DNA of 64,000 bases from a virus. Below are positions 9,675 to 19,061 of the stretch, one piece after another; the first letter of the stretch is position 1; each line of letters opens with the position of its first letter. A program made the position numbers and the translations under genes. The stretch covers positions 132,808 to 196,807 of the IMG/VR virus record IMGVR_UViG_3300017774_005745; one strand, written 5' to 3'. The notes beneath the pieces are model-generated. The model worked only from the letters and a program-made list of their open reading frames with translations, was not told the origin of the DNA and searched no databases.

Positions 9675-9778
9675 AGATGTTCCTGTGATTGGTTGTAAAA
9701 AAAGAAGCAACCTACAGGGGGAGGGGAGGACCCGTAGGTTGCTTCCGGGGACACCTATACGAGGGTCCCGCTATATTC

Positions 9779-10600
9779 TTATGCCACCGTATTCGTGGAG
9801 TCTTCCGATGGACGAATCATACCAGTAAAGAGTCCAGTGAGGGTAAAGTCTTTCCTTCCTTCATCGACCTGGTCTTGACGGTCCCACAGCAAGGTGCCGC
9901 TCTCGTCCTTCGAAGGCTCGAACGTCAGGATGGTGCTCTTTCGAAGCTTTCCCGTCTCAAGGTAGACCAGGATGGCGTCTTTTCTTGGGATTCTTTCCAT
10001 GATGTGCGACGGGATTTCTACCTTCGAGATGTCCGCGCCATCCTCAATCTCCATCCCCGCCAACTGGAGAGTCGCCACGGTAGCCGCTCGAACGTAGGCT
10101 TCGTCGATCTTCAGAAAAGCGACTGCACTTGTCTTTTTACAGAGGTATCGGAGATACGCGGCAAATATCTCTTTTGGCTTCGCCTTGACCACCTTACACA
10201 GTCCATCGACTACCTTTGCATCAATCTCCTCTTTGTCTTTGAGGTTGAAGATAGAGGCAGCGGCGACCCTCATGCTTTCGATAGACGCCTGAATGTCCGT
10301 GCTGCCCTTCATTACGAGGGGCACCATCGAGAGGAGCATTTCATTTGAGTACGTGTTCGGAACGAGAAGACATGCGATGCCGCCAGGGTCAGCCGCAACC
10401 TCATCGTCGGTGACCTTTGCGAACGAATCGGGGTCGACCAACCAGCTCCTCACCTCAGGGGGAATCTCCATCTTCCTGCTTACGACGAAGCTCACAGGAA
10501 CGATGGACTTCTTCTCGTTGAAGAGCTCCTTTGCCCTTCCGACGAGATGCTCTTGGAACTTCAGGCAGTCCTCAAGTACGTCCTTCTTATTCTCGAACAT
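9779..10600 (-). CDS. Hypothetical protein
   Basis: 273-aa ORF. Confidence 0.7.
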   Translation of the reverse strand: MFENKKDVLEDCLKFQEHLVGRAKELFNEKKSIVPVSFVVSRKMEIPPEVRSWLVDPDSFAKVTDDEVAADPGGIACLLVPNTYSNEMLLSMVPLVMKGSTDIQASIESMRVAAASIFNLKDKEEIDAKVVDGLCKVVKAKPKEIFAAYLRYLCKKTSAVAFLKIDEAYVRAATVATLQLAGMEIEDGADISKVEIPSHIMERIPRKDAILVYLETGKLRKSTILTFEPSKDESGTLLWDRQDQVDEGRKDFTLTGLFTGMIRPSEDSTNTVA

Positions 10601-10610
10601 AGTGTTCTCT

Positions 10611-11183
10611 CTAGCGACGAGGGCGCTTTCCCTTACTGGTGTCGCTGTATTTGATTCGCTGTCCGTCTTTGTATTCTTTTCTTTCCTTCTTTGCCTGGGA
10701 CTTCGAGACGTGCGACGTATGCACTTCGTTGAGGAAGTAAGTCGAGGCTACTACGACCTTGTCCTTCTTGGAGAGATGGACGAGTTGGATTCCGGCTGAC
10801 TGCGCAAACTCCGTAATCTTGACGTCTCTGTACAATTCTCCAAAGACGATTCTCTTGATACCGGCATTTGCGATGAGCTTGAAGCAGTACCAGCAGGGAC
10901 TGGCGGTGACGTAGAGGTCAGACCCATCGATACGAACCCCATTCTTAGCTGCTTGAATGATGGCATTCGCTTCTGAGTGAACCGTGCGTACGCAGTGGTC
11001 ATTCTCCATGAGACAGCCCACGTCAGAGCAGTGAGGTTGTCCAGAGATACTCCCATTGTATCCGGTAGAGAGAATCATCCGGTCTCGGACGATAACGGCT
11101 CCCACTTGTTTTCTCGGACAAGTTGCCCGAGTCGAGACAGTGGTAGCTACTTCCATGAAGAACAAATCCCAAGAAGGTCTCAT
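10611..11183 (-). CDS. dCMP deaminase (ComEB-like)
   Basis: RATCPRKQVGAVIV, TGYNG, HSEANA, PCWYC zinc-deaminase motifs. Confidence 0.92.
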   Translation of the reverse strand: MRPSWDLFFMEVATTVSTRATCPRKQVGAVIVRDRMILSTGYNGSISGQPHCSDVGCLMENDHCVRTVHSEANAIIQAAKNGVRIDGSDLYVTASPCWYCFKLIANAGIKRIVFGELYRDVKITEFAQSAGIQLVHLSKKDKVVVASTYFLNEVHTSHVSKSQAKKERKEYKDGQRIKYSDTSKGKRPRR

Positions 11184-11374
11184 TCTGGACTCGGCAGTCC
11201 AAAGAGGAAACCAGGACCATTTCCTTCTTCGTCTCTTGAGACTTCGACTTTGCTTCCGTCATTCAAGGTGAAGAATGGAAAACCATCCCCATTGACTCCG
11301 GTCTTGACGATCTTTTTCCCCTCCAAGTGCTTCATGTACTTCTTCATGTACTCGTTTCTGCTTGTCATCACCAT
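11180..11374 (-). CDS. Small hypothetical protein
   Basis: ORF track; SRDEEGNGPG motif. Confidence 0.55.
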   Translation of the reverse strand: MVMTSRNEYMKKYMKHLEGKKIVKTGVNGDGFPFFTLNDGSKVEVSRDEEGNGPGFLFGLPSPE

Positions 11375-11682
11375 GTGCTGGACTCCTCGAACCAGAGAGA
11401 TGCCAAATACGCGACGCTCGCTTCTTTGTGTTCGTGCTTAGGCTCATACGAACGTTGGATTGCCGAGAGATGACGAATGGCAGTGACGAGGTCGATGTCT
11501 TTCTTCGACACCAGTCCCGTAGTATTCAGACCGTTGAAGAACCACGAACGTTGAAACTGTAGCCACTTGTTTTGGCTGTTCCTGTTTCGAAATTCTTCAG
11601 GAATCTCTTCATACTTCGGCATCAGGTGGGACACAGATGCAGGAAACACCTCCAAGGCCCGTGTGATTGGTTGCGGCGTCAT
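11368..11682 (-). CDS. Conserved phage hypothetical protein
   Basis: WFFNGL...YEPKHEHK..VAYLASLWF motif (recall). Confidence 0.6.
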   Translation of the reverse strand: MTPQPITRALEVFPASVSHLMPKYEEIPEEFRNRNSQNKWLQFQRSWFFNGLNTTGLVSKKDIDLVTAIRHLSAIQRSYEPKHEHKEASVAYLASLWFEESSTW

Positions 11683-12008
11683 GATTTTTTATCCTTGAGT
11701 TGTTTTCCGAGCGCAACTCCCATCGCAAACGCTTTGTCTGGGCCTGGGAGAGTCTTACCGAAGATGGGGTGTTCGACGTTGAACAACTGGATAGTCTTAT
11801 CCAGCGTCTCTTGGTCGCAGTAGCCAGTGAGGTAACCGAGAGTTTCTGAGAACTGGTCCTCACTCCAATCGAAAGACTGCATCGTCATCTTCTTGAAGAG
11901 ATCCGTTTCCTCCTTACCGCATTGCATCGCCGCGTCGAACCAACTTCTCAGATTCATGAGAATGTTACTCTTCCACAACATCCTCTTTCTCTTCTTCTCT
12001 TCACTCAT
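11679..12008 (-). CDS. Hypothetical protein
   Basis: ORF coupled to its neighbours. Confidence 0.6.
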   Translation of the reverse strand: MSEEKKRKRMLWKSNILMNLRSWFDAAMQCGKEETDLFKKMTMQSFDWSEDQFSETLGYLTGYCDQETLDKTIQLFNVEHPIFGKTLPGPDKAFAMGVALGKQLKDKKS

Positions 12009-12292
12009 GGTGGTGGAAGCCCCTCATCTCCGAAGTGGATGTCATAGACAACGATGTCTTGATGGATTGCTTTGTGCGTTTCGTACATCTCAATTCGATT
12101 CACCCAGTGAAAACCAGGAAGGCCCCAGAGGGTGTTATTTGAAGATCCTTCAACGATAGTAAGAATGAATTCGTTCTTACCGGAGGATCTGAGCTTCACT
12201 GCGTGCTCGTGGGTGATTGGCCCTTTACACGGACCAAACTCCCTCAAGAAGGTACTCAACTTCTTCTTCATGGGTTTGAACGAAAGTGACAT
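12005..12292 (-). CDS. Hypothetical protein
   Basis: ORF track. Confidence 0.5.
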   Translation of the reverse strand: MSLSFKPMKKKLSTFLREFGPCKGPITHEHAVKLRSSGKNEFILTIVEGSSNNTLWGLPGFHWVNRIEMYETHKAIHQDIVVYDIHFGDEGLPPP

Positions 12293-12303
12293 GTTAATGA
12301 AAA

Positions 12304-12339
12304 AGACGGAGTGTACACTAATTAGTGTACACTCCGTCT
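12304..12339. terminator. Perfect 36-bp palindrome, probable terminator of the AAA gene
   Basis: agacggagtgtacactaa/ttagtgtacactccgtct followed by TTT on the minus strand. Confidence 0.65.
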
Positions 12340-12357
12340 CTCCTTCATGCGGGAGTG

Positions 12358-13857
12358 TTACTGCTTGGACGCCAGAGACGCAGGAAGCGTCTTGGACAGT
12401 TCCTTGGCGACCTTCGAGACGAGCTCGGCAGGAATGACCTTGTCGAGGTTCGGACCGTACGACGCCAGAAGCTGACCGACCGCGACTTCTTGACCGATGG
12501 CCCTTCCGAAGATCTCCATCGCGGAAGGTTGCGGCTTGGTGTTGGGGTTGAGGAGCTCCATCTGCGAGAGCATCGACTTCGCTGCCTCGACGAGGTCCTC
12601 ATCCGTCAGCTTGAAGCTCTCCGAACCCTTCGTGCGAGTGACAGCAGCCAGCTTGCTGCGCTCGACCACTTCTCGGATGATGGCAGGAATCTTCCCCTGC
12701 AGCATGTTTCCGACGCCATCGAGGTTCGTTCCCTCCTCGATGAGACCGCGACCGTACAGGCGAACCAGACGGGTGACCGCGACGTCGTCAGGAGGACGAA
12801 CGGGAATCACGGCATCGAGACGACCCGGACGGAGCATGGCCGGGTTGATGAGCTCGACGTGGTTGGTGGTGAGGACGACGATGATCTCCGACGACTTCGT
12901 GTCGACGCCGTCGATGGTGTTGAGAATGCCGTTCATGTCATCCGAACGACCTCCCTTGAGCACCTGGTCGATGTCCTCGGCGAAGATGACAGCCGGACCG
13001 TACTGCTTGGCGAAGAGAATCGCACGCTGCAGGTCCTTCACCGTCTCCAGGTAGATGAACGTCCACCCGTTGTTGACTGCCTTCTTGGCGCTGACGTACG
13101 CCGTGAGCGTCTTGCCGGTGCCGTACGGGCCTTCCAGCAGAATGCCGCGCTTCAGGGGGATGGAGAGCTCCCGGCACTTCGAGGTGAACTCGATGGGAGT
13201 GAACACCGAGTTCTGCACCATCGTCGCCACGTCCTTCGAGAACACGAGCTCATCTTCCCGCACCTTGCTCGTGTCGATGAACTTCGGAGCGTGAGCCGTG
13301 GGATCGAAGTCCTCCGGGCTGATCTCCGGGAACGAGACCTTGATGGCCTTGGCCTTGTAGATCGACTCTTCCTGGACGATCTTGCGAGTGGCAGCGGCCA
13401 GGTCAGAGACTTCCTTCTTGAATCGCTGCTTCACTTCACCGCCGATGATGAAGATCTGGCGACCCTCCTTGATGCCCGTGTACGTCACGAGGTACCCATC
13501 GACGCCGGGGATCTGCACCCGTCCCCACGGAACCTGAACCGTCTCCTCGTGGGAGATGGCCACGCCGATCATCGTCGGCGGCTTGGGCCCGAAGAACCCA
13601 GGAGTCGGAATCATCCCGACGAAGCCGTACTTCCTGGCCATCGCCTTGTGGAACGCGAACGCACCATCGAGCGGGAACGCATCGACCTGCTCGTTGATGG
13701 CGACGACTCGCTCATCTTCGACCTTCATCCTGCGGAGCCACTCGATGCCCTCATCCATCGACATGCCTTCAGGCAGGGTGATCTGACTTCCACCACGAAC
13801 GACCGACATGTCCTTGAACTTCGTTTCCACTTTGGAATCCTTCAATGCTTCAGCCAT
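12358..13857 (-). CDS. AAA+ ATPase (classical clade, no protease domain)
   Basis: Walker A GPYGTGKT, Walker B VIFAEDID, SRH TTNH...PAMLRPGRLD. Confidence 0.9.
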   Translation of the reverse strand: MAEALKDSKVETKFKDMSVVRGGSQITLPEGMSMDEGIEWLRRMKVEDERVVAINEQVDAFPLDGAFAFHKAMARKYGFVGMIPTPGFFGPKPPTMIGVAISHEETVQVPWGRVQIPGVDGYLVTYTGIKEGRQIFIIGGEVKQRFKKEVSDLAAATRKIVQEESIYKAKAIKVSFPEISPEDFDPTAHAPKFIDTSKVREDELVFSKDVATMVQNSVFTPIEFTSKCRELSIPLKRGILLEGPYGTGKTLTAYVSAKKAVNNGWTFIYLETVKDLQRAILFAKQYGPAVIFAEDIDQVLKGGRSDDMNGILNTIDGVDTKSSEIIVVLTTNHVELINPAMLRPGRLDAVIPVRPPDDVAVTRLVRLYGRGLIEEGTNLDGVGNMLQGKIPAIIREVVERSKLAAVTRTKGSESFKLTDEDLVEAAKSMLSQMELLNPNTKPQPSAMEIFGRAIGQEVAVGQLLASYGPNLDKVIPAELVSKVAKELSKTLPASLASKQ

Positions 13858-13992
13858 GGATTGAACTTCCCCTCAGTATTCGTTTCACTTGGAAAAAAGA
13901 AGACACTACAGAATGTAGTTGTACACGCTCCAGTTAGGAGTTAGAGCTCTCTTGAGCTTAATTCTTATATCTACAAATCGACTATTTCTTGC

Positions 13993-14343
13993 TCACTGTG
14001 AGCTCAGAACTACAGAGGCAGTTCTGTTTCTTACGGGCGGGTCTTGAGTGGGAAATGGCGTTACTCCATTTACCTCTTCGAGTGCAGGCCTGAGCCGGTC
14101 TCTCACGTCTGTGAGAGTGGCGAGACATTCAGCACCCGTGTACGTCGACTTTTCTGCAATTCCGACTGCGTGTCGAACAGTAGCGTTCGCGACTTCGATC
14201 CTCTGTCGAAGTACGACGTTCTCAACGACGAGAGCCGCGAGAACTGCTCCAAGAAGAAGATACCACGCCTTTACCGCTAGAGTTTTGAGTGTCTGCACTT
14301 TCAGGCTCCAGTTCGAACTCTCTATCGATGTACGACATAGCAT
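13993..14343 (-). CDS. Membrane-anchored hypothetical protein
   Basis: Hydrophobic segment WYLLLGAVLAALVV. Confidence 0.45.
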   Translation of the reverse strand: MLCRTSIESSNWSLKVQTLKTLAVKAWYLLLGAVLAALVVENVVLRQRIEVANATVRHAVGIAEKSTYTGAECLATLTDVRDRLRPALEEVNGVTPFPTQDPPVRNRTASVVLSSQ

Positions 14344-14563
14344 CTTTCCAGCCTTCTCGGTATCGCTCTGCTTCTTTCTTTAGAACGGATCTCCATTCTT
14401 CTTTTGGAGTTTCTTTTCTCTGTCTCAGCAGAGCGATCTTTGCGTCTGACTTCCCTGTGTACATGTGAGTAGGGGAAGTCATCCACTCTCCCGTTCCCTC
14501 ATCTTTTCTTTGGAGGACGAAGATAGCTGTCTCCAAATCCAGAATCGAATCTCCTGTGTCCAT
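14222..14563 (-). CDS. Hypothetical protein
   Basis: ATG at 14563 in the tracked 14222-14920 frame. Confidence 0.35.
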   Translation of the reverse strand: MDTGDSILDLETAIFVLQRKDEGTGEWMTSPTHMYTGKSDAKIALLRQRKETPKEEWRSVLKKEAERYREGWKDAMSYIDREFELEPESADTQNSSGKGVVSSSWSSSRGSRR

Positions 14564-14672
14564 TATTTCCTCTTGCAACTTTTTACGAACGGCGTACTCT
14601 ACGTCAGACTCGCGGCTTAGAGGTTCTCTGGTGAGTCCTCTATTGGATGATGGGAGGGCCTCTAAGCTGCGG

Positions 14673-14990
14673 TCATGTGTCTCTGGCTTCTTTGTATGTG
14701 GCTTGGACTGGGTCGAACTTCTCTGCTTGCTTCTCCTCGACTCCCCGGAGCTTGAGCATCTTCTCAGAGAGGATGTCGAAGTCTCCGTAATACATCCCGG
14801 CGTAGTAGACCATGTCTTCGTGGACTGCAAGGAAGGCATCGTCTCCTTCCGGAAGGCCGATTCGAACATTACAGAGATAGGTGACTTGCACCCACTCAAG
14901 AGGCCCCAGAAGGGGCCCATCTTTTCCCCAGTCCTCCATGTCTTGTTCTGGATCTTCTCGACCGTGGAAGAGGTGAAGGTAAACGCTCAT
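14673..14990 (-). CDS. Conserved hypothetical protein (LHLFHGR..P..DM.DWG..GP)
   Basis: Motif recall; coupled to upstream gene. Confidence 0.6.
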   Translation of the reverse strand: MSVYLHLFHGREDPEQDMEDWGKDGPLLGPLEWVQVTYLCNVRIGLPEGDDAFLAVHEDMVYYAGMYYGDFDILSEKMLKLRGVEEKQAEKFDPVQATYKEARDT

Positions 14991-15532
14991 TTCTTCTTTG
15001 CGCCTTTCTTAGCCAATTTGGCCACCTTCAGTTGCTGTTTGTTGAACTTGGCTTCTTGCTCCTCAAGCCAGTCCCAACTGTTCATCTGAGAGATTCCTGT
15101 GGCGGTGATGAAGAGTCCCCCACCACCGAACTCGTTTACTCTGCTCTTGTCGCACCAACTCGCCCAACTGAGGCTAATTGATTTGTCTGGGTGGAACTTC
15201 TTCAAGTACGCCTGAAGCAGGAGTTCTACTTCTGAAGGGTCAGCCGCTTCTTCCGACTCGAAGTAAATGGTCTGCTTTGCTTCATCTCCTACGTACGAGA
15301 CCGTAAAAGACACGAAGTCTCTGAAGTCGTCGATTGTGCCCGCAATGGGGCCGAGTGCTTCTTTGAGTCCCTGGAGCTCTTTGAATTCCTCAGGACTCTC
15401 TTTCGGGTCCGGATTGTCCTGGTACAGCTCTGCGTAGTTATTCAACTTCAGAATCATGTCTTGCATCCAGAGTTTCTCCTCTTTGGATGCAAACTCAATT
15501 CCGATGCACCACTGCGTGTAGTTGTTCGCCAT
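14987..15532 (-). CDS. Hypothetical protein (MANNYTQW family)
   Basis: Strong RBS AAGGAGAGG. Confidence 0.7.
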   Translation of the reverse strand: MANNYTQWCIGIEFASKEEKLWMQDMILKLNNYAELYQDNPDPKESPEEFKELQGLKEALGPIAGTIDDFRDFVSFTVSYVGDEAKQTIYFESEEAADPSEVELLLQAYLKKFHPDKSISLSWASWCDKSRVNEFGGGGLFITATGISQMNSWDWLEEQEAKFNKQQLKVAKLAKKGAKKK

Positions 15533-15567
15533 CGCCTCTCCTTTCTAAATCGTTGGTCCGTATAGTA

Positions 15568-15575
15568 CTTATCCC
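15568..15575 (-). promoter_or_regulatory. Copy of the recurrent GGNATAAG upstream motif (also at 433, 6012, 9778, 31998, 53072)
   Basis: Intergenic and oriented with minus-strand genes. Confidence 0.5.
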
Positions 15576-15626
15576 ACCGTACACTGATAACTTGACACCT
15601 CGATTTGAGTGTGGTGACTTCGCAAA

Positions 15627-15923
15627 ATGGAAATCGCCTACGTCGGAGATGAGTACGTCGCTTGGGTACCGTTCTTTGAGAAGCGTCTGAGTCTGCTCCC
15701 AAAGCAGAGTGGGCTGCTCTTTTACTCGGTCTTCTGGAGTCCCAGCTTCAACGGTAAGTGCCAGGTACTCAACTTTGTCCTCGGGTTGCAGAAAGACGCC
15801 GGGCTGACGAGAGACGTTGGGGAGGCGCTTATTCAGCAAGTCCTGAAGGATGCTCCCATCAATATGGTTCCATTTACTCCGAACGTAACGGTGTACGTGG
15901 GGAGCCCTGGACCCGCCCTGTGA
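15627..15923 (+). CDS. Hypothetical protein
   Basis: First gene of the plus-strand block. Confidence 0.5.
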   Translation: MEIAYVGDEYVAWVPFFEKRLSLLPKQSGLLFYSVFWSPSFNGKCQVLNFVLGLQKDAGLTRDVGEALIQQVLKDAPINMVPFTPNVTVYVGSPGPAL

Positions 15924-16114
15924 CCAAAGTACTCAAGAACCTCATCCGACTGCGGTCGAAGCGTATGACGCAGTCAGAGCTCGCCAGGAAGCTCGGGGTG
16001 TCTAGACAGCAGGTCTACAACATCGAGAGCGGTAGACAGGGCCACCCATCCATTCAAACCATTGAAAGGTATGCTAAAGCGGTAGGTGCTAAAATTCTTG
16101 TGGTTCCTCGTTGA
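15920..16114 (+). CDS. Cro/C1-type (XRE) HTH regulator
   Basis: MTQSELARKLGVSRQQVYNIESG...PSIQTIERYAKAVG; GTG overlapping upstream TGA. Confidence 0.85.
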   Translation: MTKVLKNLIRLRSKRMTQSELARKLGVSRQQVYNIESGRQGHPSIQTIERYAKAVGAKILVVPR

Positions 16115-16139
16115 CAAGTCCCCTCGTAGTACATACTGT
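16111..16139 (+). promoter_or_regulatory. Sigma70-like promoter
   Basis: TTGACA-N17-TACTGT. Confidence 0.6.
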
Positions 16140-16147
16140 GTCTGTAC

Positions 16148-16483
16148 ATGCCCACCGACGATAGAAACCCGCTCCTCATTCCAAGCGCCAAAGAACCCGT
16201 TCGTCAAAGGGGCTGTCCCGTCTGTAACTCCGATCGATTTGTCGGGAGAAATCTCGGAGGGATGATAAAGTGGACCTGCCACGCATGCGGGAACATCTGG
16301 CACGGCGGCCTTCCACAGCAGCCAGAGGATCCGACGGTCCCAAAGGCTCCCGTCGACCCAATGGATAAGCCCGTCATGGACTTCGTGAAAGACAAACAAG
16401 GAAATGCGGTAGAGGTTCGCAGGAGAGTGAATCTTACTCCTGAGTTTAAGAAGGGTCTTCCAATTCCAGAAGGAGAAGAATAA
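16148..16483 (+). CDS. Zn-ribbon protein
   Basis: CPVC...CHAC. Confidence 0.65.
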   Translation: MPTDDRNPLLIPSAKEPVRQRGCPVCNSDRFVGRNLGGMIKWTCHACGNIWHGGLPQQPEDPTVPKAPVDPMDKPVMDFVKDKQGNAVEVRRRVNLTPEFKKGLPIPEGEE

Positions 16484-17328
16484 TGACGGACGAGAAGAGA
16501 GAGACTGTTGTATTCGGTTCAAACGAAATCAGCGCAGAGCAGAAGAGTGCGTACCAGGCGAAGATTGCAGCAGCGAAGTCTGGTATCAATTCTCTGAAGG
16601 GTGTCGACCCCGTCGGAGGAGAGAAGACCTCGATGCCCGACTTCGCTAAACTTCGCGAAGCCAACTCGGCGAAGAGGTCAAACTCTCCATGGGAAGAGGG
16701 AGTCAATCCCCGTCCTCCTGGTTCTCCTATCCTGAGCCCTCATACTCAGCAGCAGCTCCAGCAGATTGCAGCAACTGCCCCTGCAGAGGCTCCGAAGAAG
16801 GAAGAGCCTGCTCCTGAGAAGGAAGAGGTGAATGTCTTTGATGCGCTCGACTTTGATGGGATGAAGAAGAACGAAGCAGAGCGTCTGCTCGACAATAAGA
16901 AGAGACGCGAAGACATCGAGTCACGCTGTGAGCCGATGAAGTTCGAAGACCTCCTCTACAAGAATGAAGTTCGCCAACGCGTGCCTATTCTCGAAGGCAA
17001 GTTCGAGCCCCTCTTCAGGTCTTTGACTCCCTCTGAGTCTCTCTTCGTCAAGAAGTTCATTGCGGAAGAGCAGTCTGTCTCTGACCAATACTTGATGGAG
17101 AAGTACAGCCTCTGTCTTCTCACGGCAGCTCTGGTCGACATCAACAACAAGCCGCTCCCAGACCATCTGAACGCAGACGGTGACGTCGACAAGACCCTCT
17201 TCCAGAAGAAGCTCAAGGAAGTGATGAAGAAGTCTGGCTACATCATCGCCGACTTGTCGCTGAACTACCAGTGGTTCGACATTCGCGTGAGGAAGCTCAT
17301 TTCGCTCGACGGCGTAAAAAATGGCTAG
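16483..17328 (+). CDS. Hypothetical protein, possible tail assembly chaperone
   Basis: 281-aa ORF ending at a slippery A AAA AAT site. Confidence 0.65.
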   Translation: MTDEKRETVVFGSNEISAEQKSAYQAKIAAAKSGINSLKGVDPVGGEKTSMPDFAKLREANSAKRSNSPWEEGVNPRPPGSPILSPHTQQQLQQIAATAPAEAPKKEEPAPEKEEVNVFDALDFDGMKKNEAERLLDNKKRREDIESRCEPMKFEDLLYKNEVRQRVPILEGKFEPLFRSLTPSESLFVKKFIAEEQSVSDQYLMEKYSLCLLTAALVDINNKPLPDHLNADGDVDKTLFQKKLKEVMKKSGYIIADLSLNYQWFDIRVRKLISLDGVKNG

Positions 17329-17756
17329 AGTCCGCAGAGGGTTGGGTAAAGGCTAACCTCCTCTACGACTTCGCTCTTAGTTCAGGTCGCCTTCCCTCTC
17401 CGGACTCCATCAGAGAAGCACTGTTCATCTCAGTTTGGTGGAGACGACAGGAAATAGAAGCATCAAAGCTAAGAGTCCTTGCCCAAGGCCTTGCAGCTAT
17501 CTCAGACGCAGGTAATCACCAGGTCATCTCTGAAGCGTACAAAGCAGCCATCGAGTCACTCTTTCCTCACACAGCCAAAGCAGCAGAGCCGAAAGACAGA
17601 GCGTTGCTCGACAAGATGGAGAAGGAAGTCAAACAAGGTCCTCTGTTCTTTGCGCCCATCTCGATGTCTTCAGCAAAGGCCTCAATCAAGAAGATGAACG
17701 TTCCAGACGACTTCAAAAAGAAGCTCAACGAGAAGTCAAAGAAGAGAAATAAATGA
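17271..17756 (+). CDS. Hypothetical protein, possibly the -1 frameshift extension of 16483-17328
   Basis: Lies in the -1 frame; no convincing start codon or RBS. Confidence 0.55.
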   Translation: MVRHSREEAHFARRRKKWLESAEGWVKANLLYDFALSSGRLPSPDSIREALFISVWWRRQEIEASKLRVLAQGLAAISDAGNHQVISEAYKAAIESLFPHTAKAAEPKDRALLDKMEKEVKQGPLFFAPISMSSAKASIKKMNVPDDFKKKLNEKSKKRNK

Positions 17757-18115
17757 ACCTTCAACTAAAGAGTTTCTCACAGGATGTTGACCTCGCCGAA
17801 CCGGACAAGATTCTGTACTACCTTGTCTTCCAGACTGAGTCCGGGAACGCGATTCGTCTTCCTGTGCAGAAAGAGACCACTGAAGAGCTAATCCGATTGG
17901 TCTACAAGAAGAAGATTGCTGCTGCAGAGGAACCGTCTCCAGAGCCTGAGGCAGTTCCCGAGGAACCTCGCGAAGAGACGGATGAGGAGTATGACGACGA
18001 CATGGCGTTCGATGAGAATGGCGACCCCATCGAAGCTGCGAGCGTCTTCCAGGACGAGGCCCCTTACGAGGAGCAGGAAACTCCAGAATCAGAGGAAGAG
18101 GTTCCTTCTCTATGA
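17753..18115 (+). CDS. Acidic hypothetical protein
   Basis: ORF track. Confidence 0.6.
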   Translation: MNLQLKSFSQDVDLAEPDKILYYLVFQTESGNAIRLPVQKETTEELIRLVYKKKIAAAEEPSPEPEAVPEEPREETDEEYDDDMAFDENGDPIEAASVFQDEAPYEEQETPESEEEVPSL

Positions 18116-18561
18116 TGATTCGGTCACTCTGTAACTCCTGCATGCAGCCATTTGAAATCTCAGTAGAGGTAGCTGAGGTTTCTTTGGTGAAGGAGATTAC
18201 GGATGACGCGGGCCTGTTCTGTCCATGCCCAAGGCTTTGCGGCGGGAAGATTAACCTCGTAGGCGACGCAACCATCGAGGAGATGTCCAAAGATAGACGC
18301 CTCAAAGACCCGATGCGTATCTCTGGACGAGAGTTGTACCGTGCCGTAAATGGGTTAGGTCTTCCAGATGAGTTTCCGAACTCTACAGAAGTTATCTCAT
18401 CTTTCATTCAGGGCGGAGTTGAAGAAGTAGACATCGAGGAGTTTCAGGGAAAGTTCTTCATACACGAACTGAAACTCAAGAACGGAAGCGTACTTCATTT
18501 AGGCGCTGGTCTGAAAGGCGCTCAGGTTTTGAAGATTACCCGAGGTTCCCATGGCAGATGA
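18112..18561 (+). CDS. Cys-containing hypothetical protein
   Basis: CNSC...CPCPRLC. Confidence 0.6.
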   Translation: MMIRSLCNSCMQPFEISVEVAEVSLVKEITDDAGLFCPCPRLCGGKINLVGDATIEEMSKDRRLKDPMRISGRELYRAVNGLGLPDEFPNSTEVISSFIQGGVEEVDIEEFQGKFFIHELKLKNGSVLHLGAGLKGAQVLKITRGSHGR

Positions 18562-18895
18562 CGTTCTTGCAGAGGCTCTTGCTCGCGTAGAGTTCAAGGT
18601 AGACCTCTTGATGAAGCACCTGCAGGTCAAGACGCCGCTGCCGATGGCATTCGGTGGGCACACCTGCCCGGCATGCAACACCCCCGTAGAGTATCAAATC
18701 GACGTCATGAAACAGGTCGTTACTCGAAAGTGTGCCTGCACTACAGGCAAAATCGTATTCAGCATCTCCTTCCCACAGCCTGGAGAATCAAATGGCGGAA
18801 AAGAAAACAGCACAGGGTCTCCCAACATCGAGGGAGCTCTCAAAGACTTCGAATACATCCTTGGAAATGACAACAAGAAAGGTAAAGGCGGCTAA
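18551..18895 (+). CDS. Zn-ribbon hypothetical protein
   Basis: CPAC...CAC. Confidence 0.55.
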   Translation: MADDVLAEALARVEFKVDLLMKHLQVKTPLPMAFGGHTCPACNTPVEYQIDVMKQVVTRKCACTTGKIVFSISFPQPGESNGGKENSTGSPNIEGALKDFEYILGNDNKKGKGG

Positions 18896-19061
18896 GTTCG
18901 TCAATGTTGCCATGGTTCAATGGATTGATGACGATGGGGTTGAGCACGTGAGTCTCGCAGTGGTTGGAGACAACAACGTCCAACTCATCAACCCCCAGGT
19001 CGTTGGAATGGCGGGCTCGTGGTTGAAGACGGGTATCTTCGAGAAACTGAAGGGTGAGTAA
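18867..19061 (+). CDS. Small hypothetical protein
   Basis: ATG at 18867 in the tracked 18732 frame. Confidence 0.5.
   Translation: MTTRKVKAAKFVNVAMVQWIDDDGVEHVSLAVVGDNNVQLINPQVVGMAGSWLKTGIFEKLKGE

Noticed and set aside
12325-13944. 539-aa plus-strand ORF
   Set aside because: Antisense shadow of the GC3-rich AAA ATPase gene; no motifs.
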